Assembly: GCA_000270325.1 (NCBI GenBank)
Contig: BA000048.1
Location: forward strand, 1,605,481-1,669,480
Direction of reading: 5' to 3'
DNA: 64,000 nucleotides
Source: Candidatus Caldarchaeum subterraneum
Lineage (GTDB): Archaea > Thermoproteota > Nitrososphaeria_A > Caldarchaeales > Caldarchaeaceae
The position numbers were made by a program, and so were the translations under genes. Position 1 is the first letter of the stretch. The number at the start of each line of letters is the position of its first letter. Positions 19,652 to 29,782 of the stretch are shown piece by piece. The notes beneath the pieces are model-generated. The model saw nothing but the letters and a program-made list of their open reading frames with translations, searched no databases and had not been told where the DNA came from.

Positions 19652-20350
19652 ATGAATAGAATCGGCTTAATTGTCCCCTCGTCCAACACGACCATGGAGA
19701 GGGAGTTTTGGGAATCTCTAAACGGCCATGCGACGATACATGCTGGCCGTGTTTTTCTGGAGAATGTTATGGTTTCTGAGTTAACCGTATTGGAGGATGA
19801 AGCGGTTAGGGAGGCGCGGAAACTGGTTACGGCGGGGGTTGATGTTCTCGTTTATGGCTGCACAAGCGGAAGCTTTGTCAAAGGCCCTCAGCAATATAGC
19901 GGTATCGAGGAGAAGCTCGAGAAACTGGGTAAACCAGCTGTAGCGACTTCAGGGGCTGTCATTAGAGCACTTACTCACTTGGGGGCGGGGAAAATCTCCC
20001 TAATCACACCATATACAAGAGACATCACAGAGGTTGAGAAAGCTTTCTTGGCGAAACATGGTTTCGAGGTCCTCTCCACCTTCCACGCATCCATAGTGGC
20101 CAACCTCGATATTGGCATGGTAAAGGATGATGAGGTAGCTGAATGGGCTACGGAGAACACTCACCCCGACTCGGACGCCATCTTCATAAGCTGCACAAAC
20201 CTCAGCACCTTCAAAGCCATCAAAAGAATCGAGGAAAACACAGGAAAGCCCGTGGTTTCAAGCAACTCGGCAACCCTCTGGAACGTGCTCCAAAAGCTAA
20301 ACAAGAAGATCGACCTGCCTCTGCTGGGCATGCTGTTCTCAGCGAGGTAA
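19652..20350 (+). CDS. Asp/Glu/hydantoin racemase family protein (hydantoin/allantoin racemase- or maleate isomerase-like)
   Basis: Family pattern incl. YGCTSGSF; TATA TTTTTTATAA 19622-19631 upstream. Confidence 0.7.
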   Translation: MNRIGLIVPSSNTTMEREFWESLNGHATIHAGRVFLENVMVSELTVLEDEAVREARKLVTAGVDVLVYGCTSGSFVKGPQQYSGIEEKLEKLGKPAVATSGAVIRALTHLGAGKISLITPYTRDITEVEKAFLAKHGFEVLSTFHASIVANLDIGMVKDDEVAEWATENTHPDSDAIFISCTNLSTFKAIKRIEENTGKPVVSSNSATLWNVLQKLNKKIDLPLLGMLFSAR

Positions 20351-20356
20351 TCATTC

Positions 20357-22408
20357 TTGGCAAAGGTTGTAGCCGCTGTGGATGTAGGCGGCACCTTCAC
20401 GGACCTGGTCGCGGTTGATGAAAGCGATGGCAGGTTATACAAGGTTAAGACTCGCAGCACGCCGCATAGACCCGAGGAGGGCTTTCTAGACGCAGTACAA
20501 AAGTTGCTGGAGAATTTCTCCCCAAAAGATTTTGAGCTTATCATACACGTTAACACTATCGGGACTAATCTTTTCAGAGGCCAGCTGGCCCTCAAGATGC
20601 CTGCTGTATCGCTTGTGACTACGAAGGGGTTTAGAGATGTGGTTGAGATAGGGAGGCAGAACAGGCCAGAGCTCTACAACATCTTCTACAGAAGACCCGA
20701 CCCAATAGTGCCTCGTGAGAGACGGTTCGAGGTTTCTGAAAGGGTTGACGGGAAAGGCGAGGTGTTGAAGGAGGTTGATGAGAGAGAGCTTGAGGCCCTA
20801 GCTGAGCAAATAGAGAAAATAGGCACAGAATCGGTAGCCATATGTTTCCTCAACAGCTACCTGAATCCCGTTAATGAAAAAAGAGCTAAAGAAGTTTTGA
20901 GGAGGTGTCTAAACGCATTAATTTTCACATCATATGAAGTGGACCCCGAGCATCGCGAATATGAGCGGACTAGCACGACCGTGGTCAACGCGGCTTTGGC
21001 GCCCGTCGTGTCGAGATACATCGCTTCTGTGAGACAGGGGCTTGATGGGCTGGGTATCACCTGCCCTGTCCAGATAATGAGCTCTGCCGGAGGGCTTGTC
21101 GACGTGGATGAAGCTGTCAACCGGCCAGTCGCATGTATAGAGTCTGGGCCAGCGGCGGGGGTGATTGGGGCTGCTAAAGTCGCAGAAGCAATCGGGCTGA
21201 AGCGTGTCATTAGCTTTGACATGGGTGGGACGACGGCTAAAACGGGAGTTGTTGTGGATGGCTTGCCCGCCACTGTTCCAGAGATAGAGGTAGGGGGCCG
21301 TGTCCACATGGGGAGAATAATAAAAGGAAGCGGGTACCCTGTTAGGTTCCCGTCAATAGACCTAGCGGAGGTGAGCGCCGGAGGAGGCACAATAATACAA
21401 GTGTCCAAAACAGGCGGGCTTCAAGTGGGTCCGCTGAGCGCGGGAGCCGACCCGGGTCCAGCTTGCTATGGAATGGGCGGGGTAGAGCCAACTATCACTG
21501 ACGCTAACCATCTCCTCGGCAGAGTTGAGCACCTACTTGGAGGAGAGATGAAGCTTGACACAGTTCTCGCAGAGAAGGCGATGGAGAAGGTGGCTAAGCA
21601 GCTTGGCCAGAACTTGGTGGAGACATCGTGGAACTCACTCGTCCTCGCAAACCTCCATATGGCAAGAGCCGTGCACATAGTAACGCTTGAACGTGGCCTT
21701 GACCCGACAGAGTTCACGCTCGTCGCCTTCGGTGGAGCAGGGCCAATGCACGCGGCCGAGCTCGCACAACAAATAGGAATATCCAAAATTGTTATCCCAC
21801 CTAGCCCAGGCCTCTTCTCCTCGCTCGGCCTGTTGATGACAGACATGAAATACAGTTACGTCAGAGGATACGTCAAAACTCTCAGTAAAGACGACGAGCA
21901 AAAAATCGAGCAAACCTACAGAGAGATAGAAGAATATGCCGTTGGGCAGTTAAGCAGAAAAGTTGCGTTGAAAGAATACCGCATCGTAAGGACAATAGAC
22001 CTCCGATACCTCGGACAAGGATACGAGATAGAGGTAGATGCTCCGCGTCCCTTCAACATCGATGAGGTGTTCACGAAGTTTGAAGAGCTTCACTCCTCAA
22101 CCTACGGATACAAACATGTCGGCGAAAAAATCGAATCAACAGCTTTACGAGTCTACATCATCATCCATACCAGCAGACCATCACTCCCAAAAACATATGA
22201 CCAGAGAAGATACGCCGCGAAACGTGTCCGCCGTGTCTTCTTCGGGGAAGGTTTTATGGACTCGCCGGTGCTTTGGAGAGAGGCTCTAGAAACGGGATAT
22301 GAGGCCGAAGGCCCGTTGGTCATCGAGGAATACGACTCAACCACTGTCGTTCCACCTGGCTGGAGTATACATGTGGAGGAGAACGGCTGCATGGTGATGG
22401 AACGTTGA
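20357..22408 (+). CDS. hyuA: ATP-dependent hydantoinase/oxoprolinase subunit A (HyuA family)
   Basis: N-terminal AVDVGGTFTD; 683 aa. Confidence 0.9.
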   Translation: MAKVVAAVDVGGTFTDLVAVDESDGRLYKVKTRSTPHRPEEGFLDAVQKLLENFSPKDFELIIHVNTIGTNLFRGQLALKMPAVSLVTTKGFRDVVEIGRQNRPELYNIFYRRPDPIVPRERRFEVSERVDGKGEVLKEVDERELEALAEQIEKIGTESVAICFLNSYLNPVNEKRAKEVLRRCLNALIFTSYEVDPEHREYERTSTTVVNAALAPVVSRYIASVRQGLDGLGITCPVQIMSSAGGLVDVDEAVNRPVACIESGPAAGVIGAAKVAEAIGLKRVISFDMGGTTAKTGVVVDGLPATVPEIEVGGRVHMGRIIKGSGYPVRFPSIDLAEVSAGGGTIIQVSKTGGLQVGPLSAGADPGPACYGMGGVEPTITDANHLLGRVEHLLGGEMKLDTVLAEKAMEKVAKQLGQNLVETSWNSLVLANLHMARAVHIVTLERGLDPTEFTLVAFGGAGPMHAAELAQQIGISKIVIPPSPGLFSSLGLLMTDMKYSYVRGYVKTLSKDDEQKIEQTYREIEEYAVGQLSRKVALKEYRIVRTIDLRYLGQGYEIEVDAPRPFNIDEVFTKFEELHSSTYGYKHVGEKIESTALRVYIIIHTSRPSLPKTYDQRRYAAKRVRRVFFGEGFMDSPVLWREALETGYEAEGPLVIEEYDSTTVVPPGWSIHVEENGCMVMER

Positions 22409-23973
22409 GCCTACCCCACGAGGTTGTCAAGTACAGCCTTCTATACATATCTGAGGAGATGGGCGTGGCTCTCCGCAAGTCAGCTTTCTCACCCAACATC
22501 CGAGAAAGAGCGGACCACAGCTGCGCCATCCTCGACTGGAGAGGGAGACTGATAGGACAAGCGGAGCACATACCTGTCCACATAGGCTCCCTTCCCCACG
22601 GCCTCAAAAACACCCTCGCATACTTGGAGAAGAAAGGGGTGGAAATGTCTCCGGGGGACATGTATGTTCTCAACGACCCCTACATAGCAGGCACACATCT
22701 CAACGATATCACAACAATAAGACCCATATTTTACCGAGGAGAGCTCGTCGCATACGTCGCAAATAAAGCCCATCACGTCGATGTCGGAGGCATAGACCCC
22801 TCTAGCATCTCGATACGTGCGGAAACGCTTCTCCAAGAGGGAATAGTTATTCCACCGGTAAAGCTGATGAAAGAAAACAAGATTATGGAAGATGTCGTGG
22901 ATATTCTGAGAAACAATACAAGGATACCTGATATAACTCTCGGAGACCTACGGGCGCAGATAGCAGCCAACCTGATAGGCGAGAAAAAACTTCTAGACTT
23001 GATAGAGAAAGTTTCGCTACCGGTTTTCAGAGAAGCGGTGGAACAGATCATAGAGAAAACAAACCAGCTGGTCAGGCAGGAGGTTGCCCAGCTTCCATGG
23101 GGCAGGGCCGTCGGCGAGGATTTTCTGGAGCTCGATGAAAGGGACCTTGTAATCAAGGCGGATGTCGAAGTAGGCTCCCAGGGTTTTCGCGTGAACTTCG
23201 CCGGCACAGACAGACAGGTTAACAAACCGCTTAACGCTGTCCTAGGTGTCACCATAGCGGCGACAACCTACACCATCAGAACACTCCTCGGCCCCGACAT
23301 ACTGTTGAACGAGGGATTTACTGAGACGTTGTCTATACATGCTCCAGAAGGGACGCTGGTCAACCCCGTCAAACCGGCGCCTGTTGCGGCTGGAAACCTC
23401 GAAACAAGCCAGAGAATAGTCGACACGATCTACAAAGCCTTGTCAGAGATTATGCATGACAGAATTCCGGCAGCCAGCACCGGCAGCATGAATAACCTGA
23501 TGATGGGTGGAATACATCCCGAGACAGGGAAAGCATGGGCCTTTTACGAAACCATAGGCGGGGGAGGAGGTGCAAGACCAGGCATGGACGGCGTCGACGG
23601 CATACACTGCCACATGACTAACACCCTCAACACACCTATCGAGGTAATCGAACACTACTACCCTGTGCTGTTCATGTCTTATAGGTTCAGGGATGGAAGC
23701 GGAGGTGTGGGAAGGTGGAGAGGAGGAATGGGAATTGAGCGGAGCCTCAAGGCGTTAGCACCCATCCACGTCGCGGTTATGGGTGATAGAAGCCGACACA
23801 GGCCCTGGGGCCTGAAAGGTGGAGGAGAAGGCGCGCCAAGCGAATATCTTATCAAGAAAGTTGACGGAACAATCATCAAACTCAGCTCCAAAGACGTAGC
23901 CACACTAAACCCCGGGGACATCATCATAATAAGAACAGCAGGAGGCGGTGGATACGGTCGAATGGATAGTTAG
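22405..23973 (+). CDS. hyuB: hydantoinase/oxoprolinase subunit B (HyuB family)
   Basis: HyuB family length and motifs; overlaps hyuA stop. Confidence 0.9.
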   Translation: MSLPHEVVKYSLLYISEEMGVALRKSAFSPNIRERADHSCAILDWRGRLIGQAEHIPVHIGSLPHGLKNTLAYLEKKGVEMSPGDMYVLNDPYIAGTHLNDITTIRPIFYRGELVAYVANKAHHVDVGGIDPSSISIRAETLLQEGIVIPPVKLMKENKIMEDVVDILRNNTRIPDITLGDLRAQIAANLIGEKKLLDLIEKVSLPVFREAVEQIIEKTNQLVRQEVAQLPWGRAVGEDFLELDERDLVIKADVEVGSQGFRVNFAGTDRQVNKPLNAVLGVTIAATTYTIRTLLGPDILLNEGFTETLSIHAPEGTLVNPVKPAPVAAGNLETSQRIVDTIYKALSEIMHDRIPAASTGSMNNLMMGGIHPETGKAWAFYETIGGGGGARPGMDGVDGIHCHMTNTLNTPIEVIEHYYPVLFMSYRFRDGSGGVGRWRGGMGIERSLKALAPIHVAVMGDRSRHRPWGLKGGGEGAPSEYLIKKVDGTIIKLSSKDVATLNPGDIIIIRTAGGGGYGRMDS

Positions 23974-23993
23974 GTGCCTAGGCTTCTACGTGC

Positions 23994-24602
23994 GTGGAAT
24001 TTAATAACGGGCATTTTCGTGAGATATGCGGATTGGCTGAGGAGTTTAAGCTGTTTGGGCAGTGGAGTGTTGAGGGCGTGGAGGTTTTAGACGAGGGGCT
24101 AAAGAAATACATATCGCTGAAGCCGCAGGTTGTTCCTCATTCGGGTGGACGCCATGAACATCGTAGATTCGCCAAGTCGCAGCTGAACATAGCTGAGCGC
24201 CTCGCCAACATGTTGATGAGACCTGGGAAAAACGGTGGAAAAAAGAGCAAGGCCCTCGCAGCGGTGAGGAACGCTCTCTGGATAATCCATCTACGGACCG
24301 GTAAGAACCCGTTGGAGGTTTTGGTCAGGGCTGTTGAGAACTCAGCTCCCCTCGAGGACGTCACACGCCTCAGTTACGGTGGAATAGTTTACTTCAAAGC
24401 CGTTGACATCAGCCCACAGAGAAGGGTGGACCTCGCCCTCAGAAACATCGCTCAAGCAGCTCGCGAAAACTCTTTCAGAACAAGGAGAACAATCGACGAG
24501 GCTTTAGCTGAGGAGATCATCCTCGCCTCCGAAAAAGACAGCAAGAGCTTCGCAGTGAAACGTAGAATTGAGCTGGAGCGGGTGGCGCTGGCCTCTCGTT
24601 AG
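23994..24602 (+). CDS. rps7: 30S ribosomal protein S7 (uS7, eS5-like)
   Basis: KLFGKW-like N-terminus, ...GGIVYFKAVDISPQRRVDLALRN..., C-terminal ELERVA. Confidence 0.85.
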   Translation: MEFNNGHFREICGLAEEFKLFGQWSVEGVEVLDEGLKKYISLKPQVVPHSGGRHEHRRFAKSQLNIAERLANMLMRPGKNGGKKSKALAAVRNALWIIHLRTGKNPLEVLVRAVENSAPLEDVTRLSYGGIVYFKAVDISPQRRVDLALRNIAQAARENSFRTRRTIDEALAEEIILASEKDSKSFAVKRRIELERVALASR

Positions 24603-26167
24603 CCTAGGCATCTTCTAATCCCGGCTGCTCTAAGCAGCTCCAGACGCGCCTCCTCCAAATTTTCCTCCATATATGCTATGAGGAAATTGTTGAGTATGTT
24701 GCTGTATTTTCTCTCCGAAGATGTTTTGGGCCCCGGCTTTATGTTTAGGAGATCTTGTGCGGCTTCGAGGTCCTCGACGTAGAGTGGCAAAGCTTCTCTA
24801 AGGGGCTGCAGTTCATGCTTATCTTTGGATTCCTCGCTCAGCAGCGTGTTGATGTTGTCGAAGCAAACCAGCGGAGCGACTCTGCGCAAATCTTCGGCAA
24901 GATTGTAGAACTCCTTCAACACATCAAATTCCTCTTCAGATAGTTGGTAGAGGAAGCGGAGGCCTATAAACTCGGGAGGCAGGCCGAGTGTGTAAAAGGA
25001 GCATGCATATGGGATGGCTCTCGGCAGCTCAACCCCTCCAAGCACACGCGAGTAGGCGAAAGCACCGACATGTAGCTTGCGTCTCCGCCTCGCAGGCGTC
25101 AGCGCCGAGACACGGGCTATGGATGGTGCAGCCACCTCGGCGAAAGCCCTATAAGCCTGGGAACCTTTGGCGATAACCTTTAAAACCGTTTCAACACTCT
25201 CAATTATCGTTGACCGTTTTTCGATGGGTAATGTATTGTTGATGCTCTTTATAGCTTCCTTCACAATGTTTTGTGGATAATCGTAGCGGAAGGCGGACTG
25301 TATGGTTACCGTGGATACGCCGCCGTATTCTTCGTAGAATTTTTCTAGATGTGTTGGGCTGAGTCCGCCTCTGAAAGGAAGTGTTCCAACGCCTATGATT
25401 GTGTGAACAGGTATGCCTGTGTTTGTGGATAGGTTTTGCAGCTTGTCTATGGCTAGTTTGGCCATCAACGTGGCTGCGACGAGGCCGTTGTTGAGCGCCG
25501 GGTCTGAGCGGGCGATGAAGGCTCGCACATAACGCGGCGAGGTCAGCTCTATGAACCTTCCCAGTATAGTGTCGGCGTTGAGCATCGAGTCTAGGTCTTC
25601 GAAAAGTGGGATGACCTCGATTTTTTCTGGGCTGATTTTTCCGATGATGTCTCCTAGCGTGATGTTTGGATAGTCGATGACTATTTCCTCCAGCTGGACA
25701 ACCGCTTTTCTATAGGTGTTGACCACACGTATGAGTTGGTTTACTGATGTGGTGAAGGGGAGGATGACTTCGAAGACGGGCGGGTTCACCTGGCGGCCGT
25801 AGAATGCCTCGCATGCGTCGAAATGCTTGGGTATGCTTTGCAGTGTTTCGAAGAAAACTTTCCTGTCGCTTTTCTCCATCGATGGGTTGGGTATGCGGTA
25901 TGTGAGGAAATGGTCTCTCCCGATTATTTTTTCGCGGAAATATTCGGGATGTGTTGTGAGCAGTTTGCGGACGACGTTGAGGTCGACGTCTTTCCCTTCG
26001 GCGTCCCACATCGCTTCCTCGCATCCCAATGTGACCCAGCTCTGGTAAACCTCTTCAACCTCGTCATCACCCTCTATCAGCGGCGTATCTAGCCACGGCG
26101 GGCTGGAGACGTTGTCGGGATGCTGCGAACTCATCGTCCTCGGAATGTGTCTCTCTTCGTTAACCAT
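24599..26167 (-). CDS. ppcA: archaeal-type phosphoenolpyruvate carboxylase
   Basis: ~520 aa; N-terminal IPRTMSSQHPDN typical of archaeal PEPC. Confidence 0.85.
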   Translation of the reverse strand: MVNEERHIPRTMSSQHPDNVSSPPWLDTPLIEGDDEVEEVYQSWVTLGCEEAMWDAEGKDVDLNVVRKLLTTHPEYFREKIIGRDHFLTYRIPNPSMEKSDRKVFFETLQSIPKHFDACEAFYGRQVNPPVFEVILPFTTSVNQLIRVVNTYRKAVVQLEEIVIDYPNITLGDIIGKISPEKIEVIPLFEDLDSMLNADTILGRFIELTSPRYVRAFIARSDPALNNGLVAATLMAKLAIDKLQNLSTNTGIPVHTIIGVGTLPFRGGLSPTHLEKFYEEYGGVSTVTIQSAFRYDYPQNIVKEAIKSINNTLPIEKRSTIIESVETVLKVIAKGSQAYRAFAEVAAPSIARVSALTPARRRRKLHVGAFAYSRVLGGVELPRAIPYACSFYTLGLPPEFIGLRFLYQLSEEEFDVLKEFYNLAEDLRRVAPLVCFDNINTLLSEESKDKHELQPLREALPLYVEDLEAAQDLLNIKPGPKTSSERKYSNILNNFLIAYMEENLEEARLELLRAAGIRRCLG

Positions 26168-26169
26168 GG

Positions 26170-27144
26170 CTATTCACGGGAGTAGGGAACACCCAGCGCC
26201 GCGGGAACACCTATTCTCTTGCGCACAGACTCCGCGGACAACAGCGTCAATGTCACTATGGTTACTATGTAGGGGAGCATCAGGAGAAAATATGGAAGCT
26301 GAGCCGCCACGCCCACTAGCTGGAGCCTGAACTGGAGAGCCTCGACTCCGCCGAAGAGATAGGCGCCTAGGATTGCTCTCAGCGGGTTCCATGTCGCGAG
26401 GATGACGAGGGCGAGGGCGATGAAGCCGCGGCCCTGCGTCATCCCCTCTACCCAGAAGGGCTGGTAACCTATGAACAGATAGGCTCCGGCCAGTGAACCC
26501 AGCGCACCGCATATCGTCATCGCTATGTAACGGATGAGGAAGACGTTTACGCCGAGGGCGTCGGCCATCGACGGGTTTTCCCCCACGGAGCGTAGGCTAA
26601 GCCCGAAGCTTGTTTTGAACAAGATGAACCAGAGGACGCCGGCGAGGATAAGGGAGATGTACACAAGTATGTTGTGGCTGAATATCATGGGGCCGATGAT
26701 GGGGATGTTGACTAGGCCTGGGATAGGGATGGGCGGCAGCTTGGCCGCTTCCTGTGATGCGATGACGGCTGGGGAAGCCTCGGGGTTCAAAGCCAGAATT
26801 ATTCTCCCCCTTATCTCGTTTGAGGCAAGCAGGCCGCTCAGGCCAAGGCCAAGGACAGTGAAGGCCAACCCGACGACCACTTGGTTTAGTCTTAGGCTGA
26901 CCGTGAAAAGAGCGTGCATGAGACCCAGAGCAGCTCCCACCAACAACACCGTGGCGATGGCCCAGCCATGGCCCAGAGCGTTCGTGAAAATATAGGAAAG
27001 CGATGCACCCATTATCATCATCCCCTCCATGCCGAGGTTGAGCACCCCAGCGCGTTCAGCAACCGTTTCCCCGAGGGAAGCCAGTAGGAAAACTGTTCCA
27101 GACGCAACAGCTCCAACCAGCACAGATTCAACTAACTCAATCAT
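26170..27144 (-). CDS. nucleoside/simple-sugar ABC transporter permease
   Basis: Polytopic membrane protein in BMP-family transporter operon. Confidence 0.8.
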   Translation of the reverse strand: MIELVESVLVGAVASGTVFLLASLGETVAERAGVLNLGMEGMMIMGASLSYIFTNALGHGWAIATVLLVGAALGLMHALFTVSLRLNQVVVGLAFTVLGLGLSGLLASNEIRGRIILALNPEASPAVIASQEAAKLPPIPIPGLVNIPIIGPMIFSHNILVYISLILAGVLWFILFKTSFGLSLRSVGENPSMADALGVNVFLIRYIAMTICGALGSLAGAYLFIGYQPFWVEGMTQGRGFIALALVILATWNPLRAILGAYLFGGVEALQFRLQLVGVAAQLPYFLLMLPYIVTIVTLTLLSAESVRKRIGVPAALGVPYSRE

Positions 27145-28205
27145 TTCACAACCCTTAGCCTATATCGTTTGAAAAACTCGCCGAGGATAATCATCAGGAA
27201 GATTGTTGCTTGAAGTATCTGGATTGCTGGGAAGGGGAGGTTGAGTGTTGCCTGTATGACGTCACCGGCAACAAGTAATCCACCAAAGAAAATAGCGGCT
27301 GGAACAGCTAACCAAGGGTTGAGGGCCGCGAGAAAGGCTATGATTATGGCGGTGTATCCGTATCCGACGTAGGCGCTTGGAGGCCTCATCCTGCCGAGAA
27401 TGCCAGCGACTATTGAGAGACCACCTAACCCAGCCAACCCGCCAGCTATCAAGCTGCCGAGTAAAAGTGTCCGCCCAATCCTCACACCCGCGTACCTCGC
27501 CGCTTCATAGTTTTGTCCGAGAACCCTCATCTCGAAGCCCGCGGGCGTGTACAACATGAATCCATACAACAGCCCAGCGATTATGAAGGCGGCTGGGACG
27601 CCGACGTAAGCGGTGTGCCCTAGGATGGTGTCGAGCCTTGCGTATGGTGGGAAAACGATTGAGAGTGGGAAACCGAAACCTTTTGGGTCTCTCCACGGCC
27701 CGTGGATAAGATAGTTGACAAAATGGTATGCGACGTAGTTGAGCATAAGTGTTGGCAGAATTTCGTTTACGCCGAGCTTGGCTTTGAGAAACGCGGGTAA
27801 GGCACAGTATAAGCCACCTGCCAAAAATGACGACACAACCATGAGAGGAAGAACGAGAAAATCGGGAACAAGGCCATAGTAGACATGAAGCAATACAACA
27901 CCGGTTGCAGCGACCATGCCGAGGTATATCTGACCTTCGGCGCCTATGTTCCAGAAATTCATTTTGAAGGCCACGGTTAGACCGAGGGCCGCGAAGCCGA
28001 GTGGCAGCCCGCGGAGAGCAGCCTCTAGAAGCGTTCTCTCGCTGAAATAAACCTCGAAGAGACGCGTGATTACGTCAAAGGCGTTGACACCTAGGATTTC
28101 AAAAATGAGGCCAGCCACAAGAAAGCTGGCCGCGACGAAGATTACCGTGACCGCTGCGGAAAATTTACGCGAGAACTGGCCACGTTTCTCGAGTTTAAGC
28201 ATCAT
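27141..28205 (-). CDS. nucleoside/simple-sugar ABC transporter permease
   Basis: Polytopic membrane protein; overlaps neighbour. Confidence 0.8.
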   Translation of the reverse strand: MMLKLEKRGQFSRKFSAAVTVIFVAASFLVAGLIFEILGVNAFDVITRLFEVYFSERTLLEAALRGLPLGFAALGLTVAFKMNFWNIGAEGQIYLGMVAATGVVLLHVYYGLVPDFLVLPLMVVSSFLAGGLYCALPAFLKAKLGVNEILPTLMLNYVAYHFVNYLIHGPWRDPKGFGFPLSIVFPPYARLDTILGHTAYVGVPAAFIIAGLLYGFMLYTPAGFEMRVLGQNYEAARYAGVRIGRTLLLGSLIAGGLAGLGGLSIVAGILGRMRPPSAYVGYGYTAIIIAFLAALNPWLAVPAAIFFGGLLVAGDVIQATLNLPFPAIQILQATIFLMIILGEFFKRYRLRVVK

Positions 28206-29747
28206 CTAGGCGCTGACCTCCGCCCTCTTCACACCCGTCATCATCAGCCCGATTTCCTCCACGTCGTATTCTCCTTTTCTGAGAACACCCACTATCTCGC
28301 CCCGGTACATCACCATTATCCGGTCGCTGAGGCTAATCAATTCCTCGAGCTCCTCCGAGACAAGAAGCACAGCCACACCCTTTTCAGCTCTTCTAACCAG
28401 CTCTTGGTGAATCTGCTCTGTTGAGGCGATGTCAAGCCCGCGGGTGGGGTAGGCCGCCAATATCACTTTAGTGTTGGGTAGGATTCCCAGCTCACGGGCC
28501 AGGACAAGACGCTGAATGTTTCCGCCCGAAAGGTTTGCCACCTTGTTGGAGATCGTCGGTGTAACTATTCGGAAGGCTTTCACAAGCTCCTCAGCCTTCA
28601 GGTTAACATCCCGCCATCTTATCAGAAACCTATTGCCGAAAAGATGGTTTCTATATGCTTTGAGGACAAGGTTCTCTGCGACTGTCATTTCCGGTGCAGA
28701 GTAGCGTAGGGCCTCTGCAGGTATGTAGCTGACGCCGGCGTCGATTATCTCCTGTGGATGCCTGTTTGTGATGTCTACTCCGTCAAGCCATACTTTTCCG
28801 CGCACAATTTTCCTAAGGCCCGCGAGTGCTTCTAGAAGCTCTGTCTGACCGTTTCCCGAAACACCCGCTATGCCGAGAATCTCACCACGGTATAGCTTGA
28901 AGGAGACGTTTCGCACAGCCTCTAAGCCTTTGTCACCTAGGACCACGAGTCCCGATGCTTCGAGAACCGGTTTCGAAGTGTCAAGACTTCTTGTTGATGT
29001 TATTTTTAGCAGTGGTCTTCCAATCATGAGTTCAACCAGCTCCTCTATGTTTGTCTCGTTGACGTTTTTCGTGGCCACGTTTCTGCCAGCCCTCATAACA
29101 GTCACTCTATCGGCTACGTTGAAAACTTCCTCGAGCTTATGAGTAATTAAAACCACCCCCAGCCCCTGGGTAGCCATTTTGCGGAGAGTCTGGAAAAGCG
29201 CAACACTTTCCTGTGGAGTAAGCACGGACGTCGGCTCATCAAGTATGAGTATCCTCACTTTTCTGTAGAGTGCTTTGAGCAGCTCGACCTGCTGCTTCTC
29301 GCCGGCGGAGAGCTGCCATACACGTGCGTTGGGGGAGATTGTCCAGCCATATGTTTGTATCAGCTGGGTTAGCTCGTTGTTTATTTTGCGCTCGTTTATC
29401 ACGAAGCCGAGCTCCCTTAGCCCAAGGATGACGTTTTCAGCGACGGTGTGTACGGGTATGAGTTTGAACTGCTGATGAACCATCCCTATTCCAAGTGTGA
29501 GAGCGTCACGGGGGCCTCTGATGTCCACCTTCTTGCCGTACACCCATATCTCACCTGCGTCGGGCCTGTAGATGCCGTAGAGAATGTTCATCAAGGTGGA
29601 TTTTCCTGCACCGTTCTCGCCCAGCAGTGCGTGAACCTCGCCGGGCCTAAGCGTAAAATTCACATTATCATTAGCAACAACGTTGGGAAACTTCTTAACT
29701 ATGCCCCTCATCTCAACAAGGTGCTCGGGCCCGGACATGCGGACCAC
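28206..29747 (-). CDS. ABC transporter ATP-binding protein with duplicated ABC domains
   Basis: Two Walker A (GENGAGKST; GVSGNGQT) and two signature motifs. Confidence 0.85.
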   Translation of the reverse strand: MVRMSGPEHLVEMRGIVKKFPNVVANDNVNFTLRPGEVHALLGENGAGKSTLMNILYGIYRPDAGEIWVYGKKVDIRGPRDALTLGIGMVHQQFKLIPVHTVAENVILGLRELGFVINERKINNELTQLIQTYGWTISPNARVWQLSAGEKQQVELLKALYRKVRILILDEPTSVLTPQESVALFQTLRKMATQGLGVVLITHKLEEVFNVADRVTVMRAGRNVATKNVNETNIEELVELMIGRPLLKITSTRSLDTSKPVLEASGLVVLGDKGLEAVRNVSFKLYRGEILGIAGVSGNGQTELLEALAGLRKIVRGKVWLDGVDITNRHPQEIIDAGVSYIPAEALRYSAPEMTVAENLVLKAYRNHLFGNRFLIRWRDVNLKAEELVKAFRIVTPTISNKVANLSGGNIQRLVLARELGILPNTKVILAAYPTRGLDIASTEQIHQELVRRAEKGVAVLLVSEELEELISLSDRIMVMYRGEIVGVLRKGEYDVEEIGLMMTGVKRAEVSA

Positions 29748-29782
29748 GACAAAAATACAAAAAAATTGTTGAGAGTTTTTGT

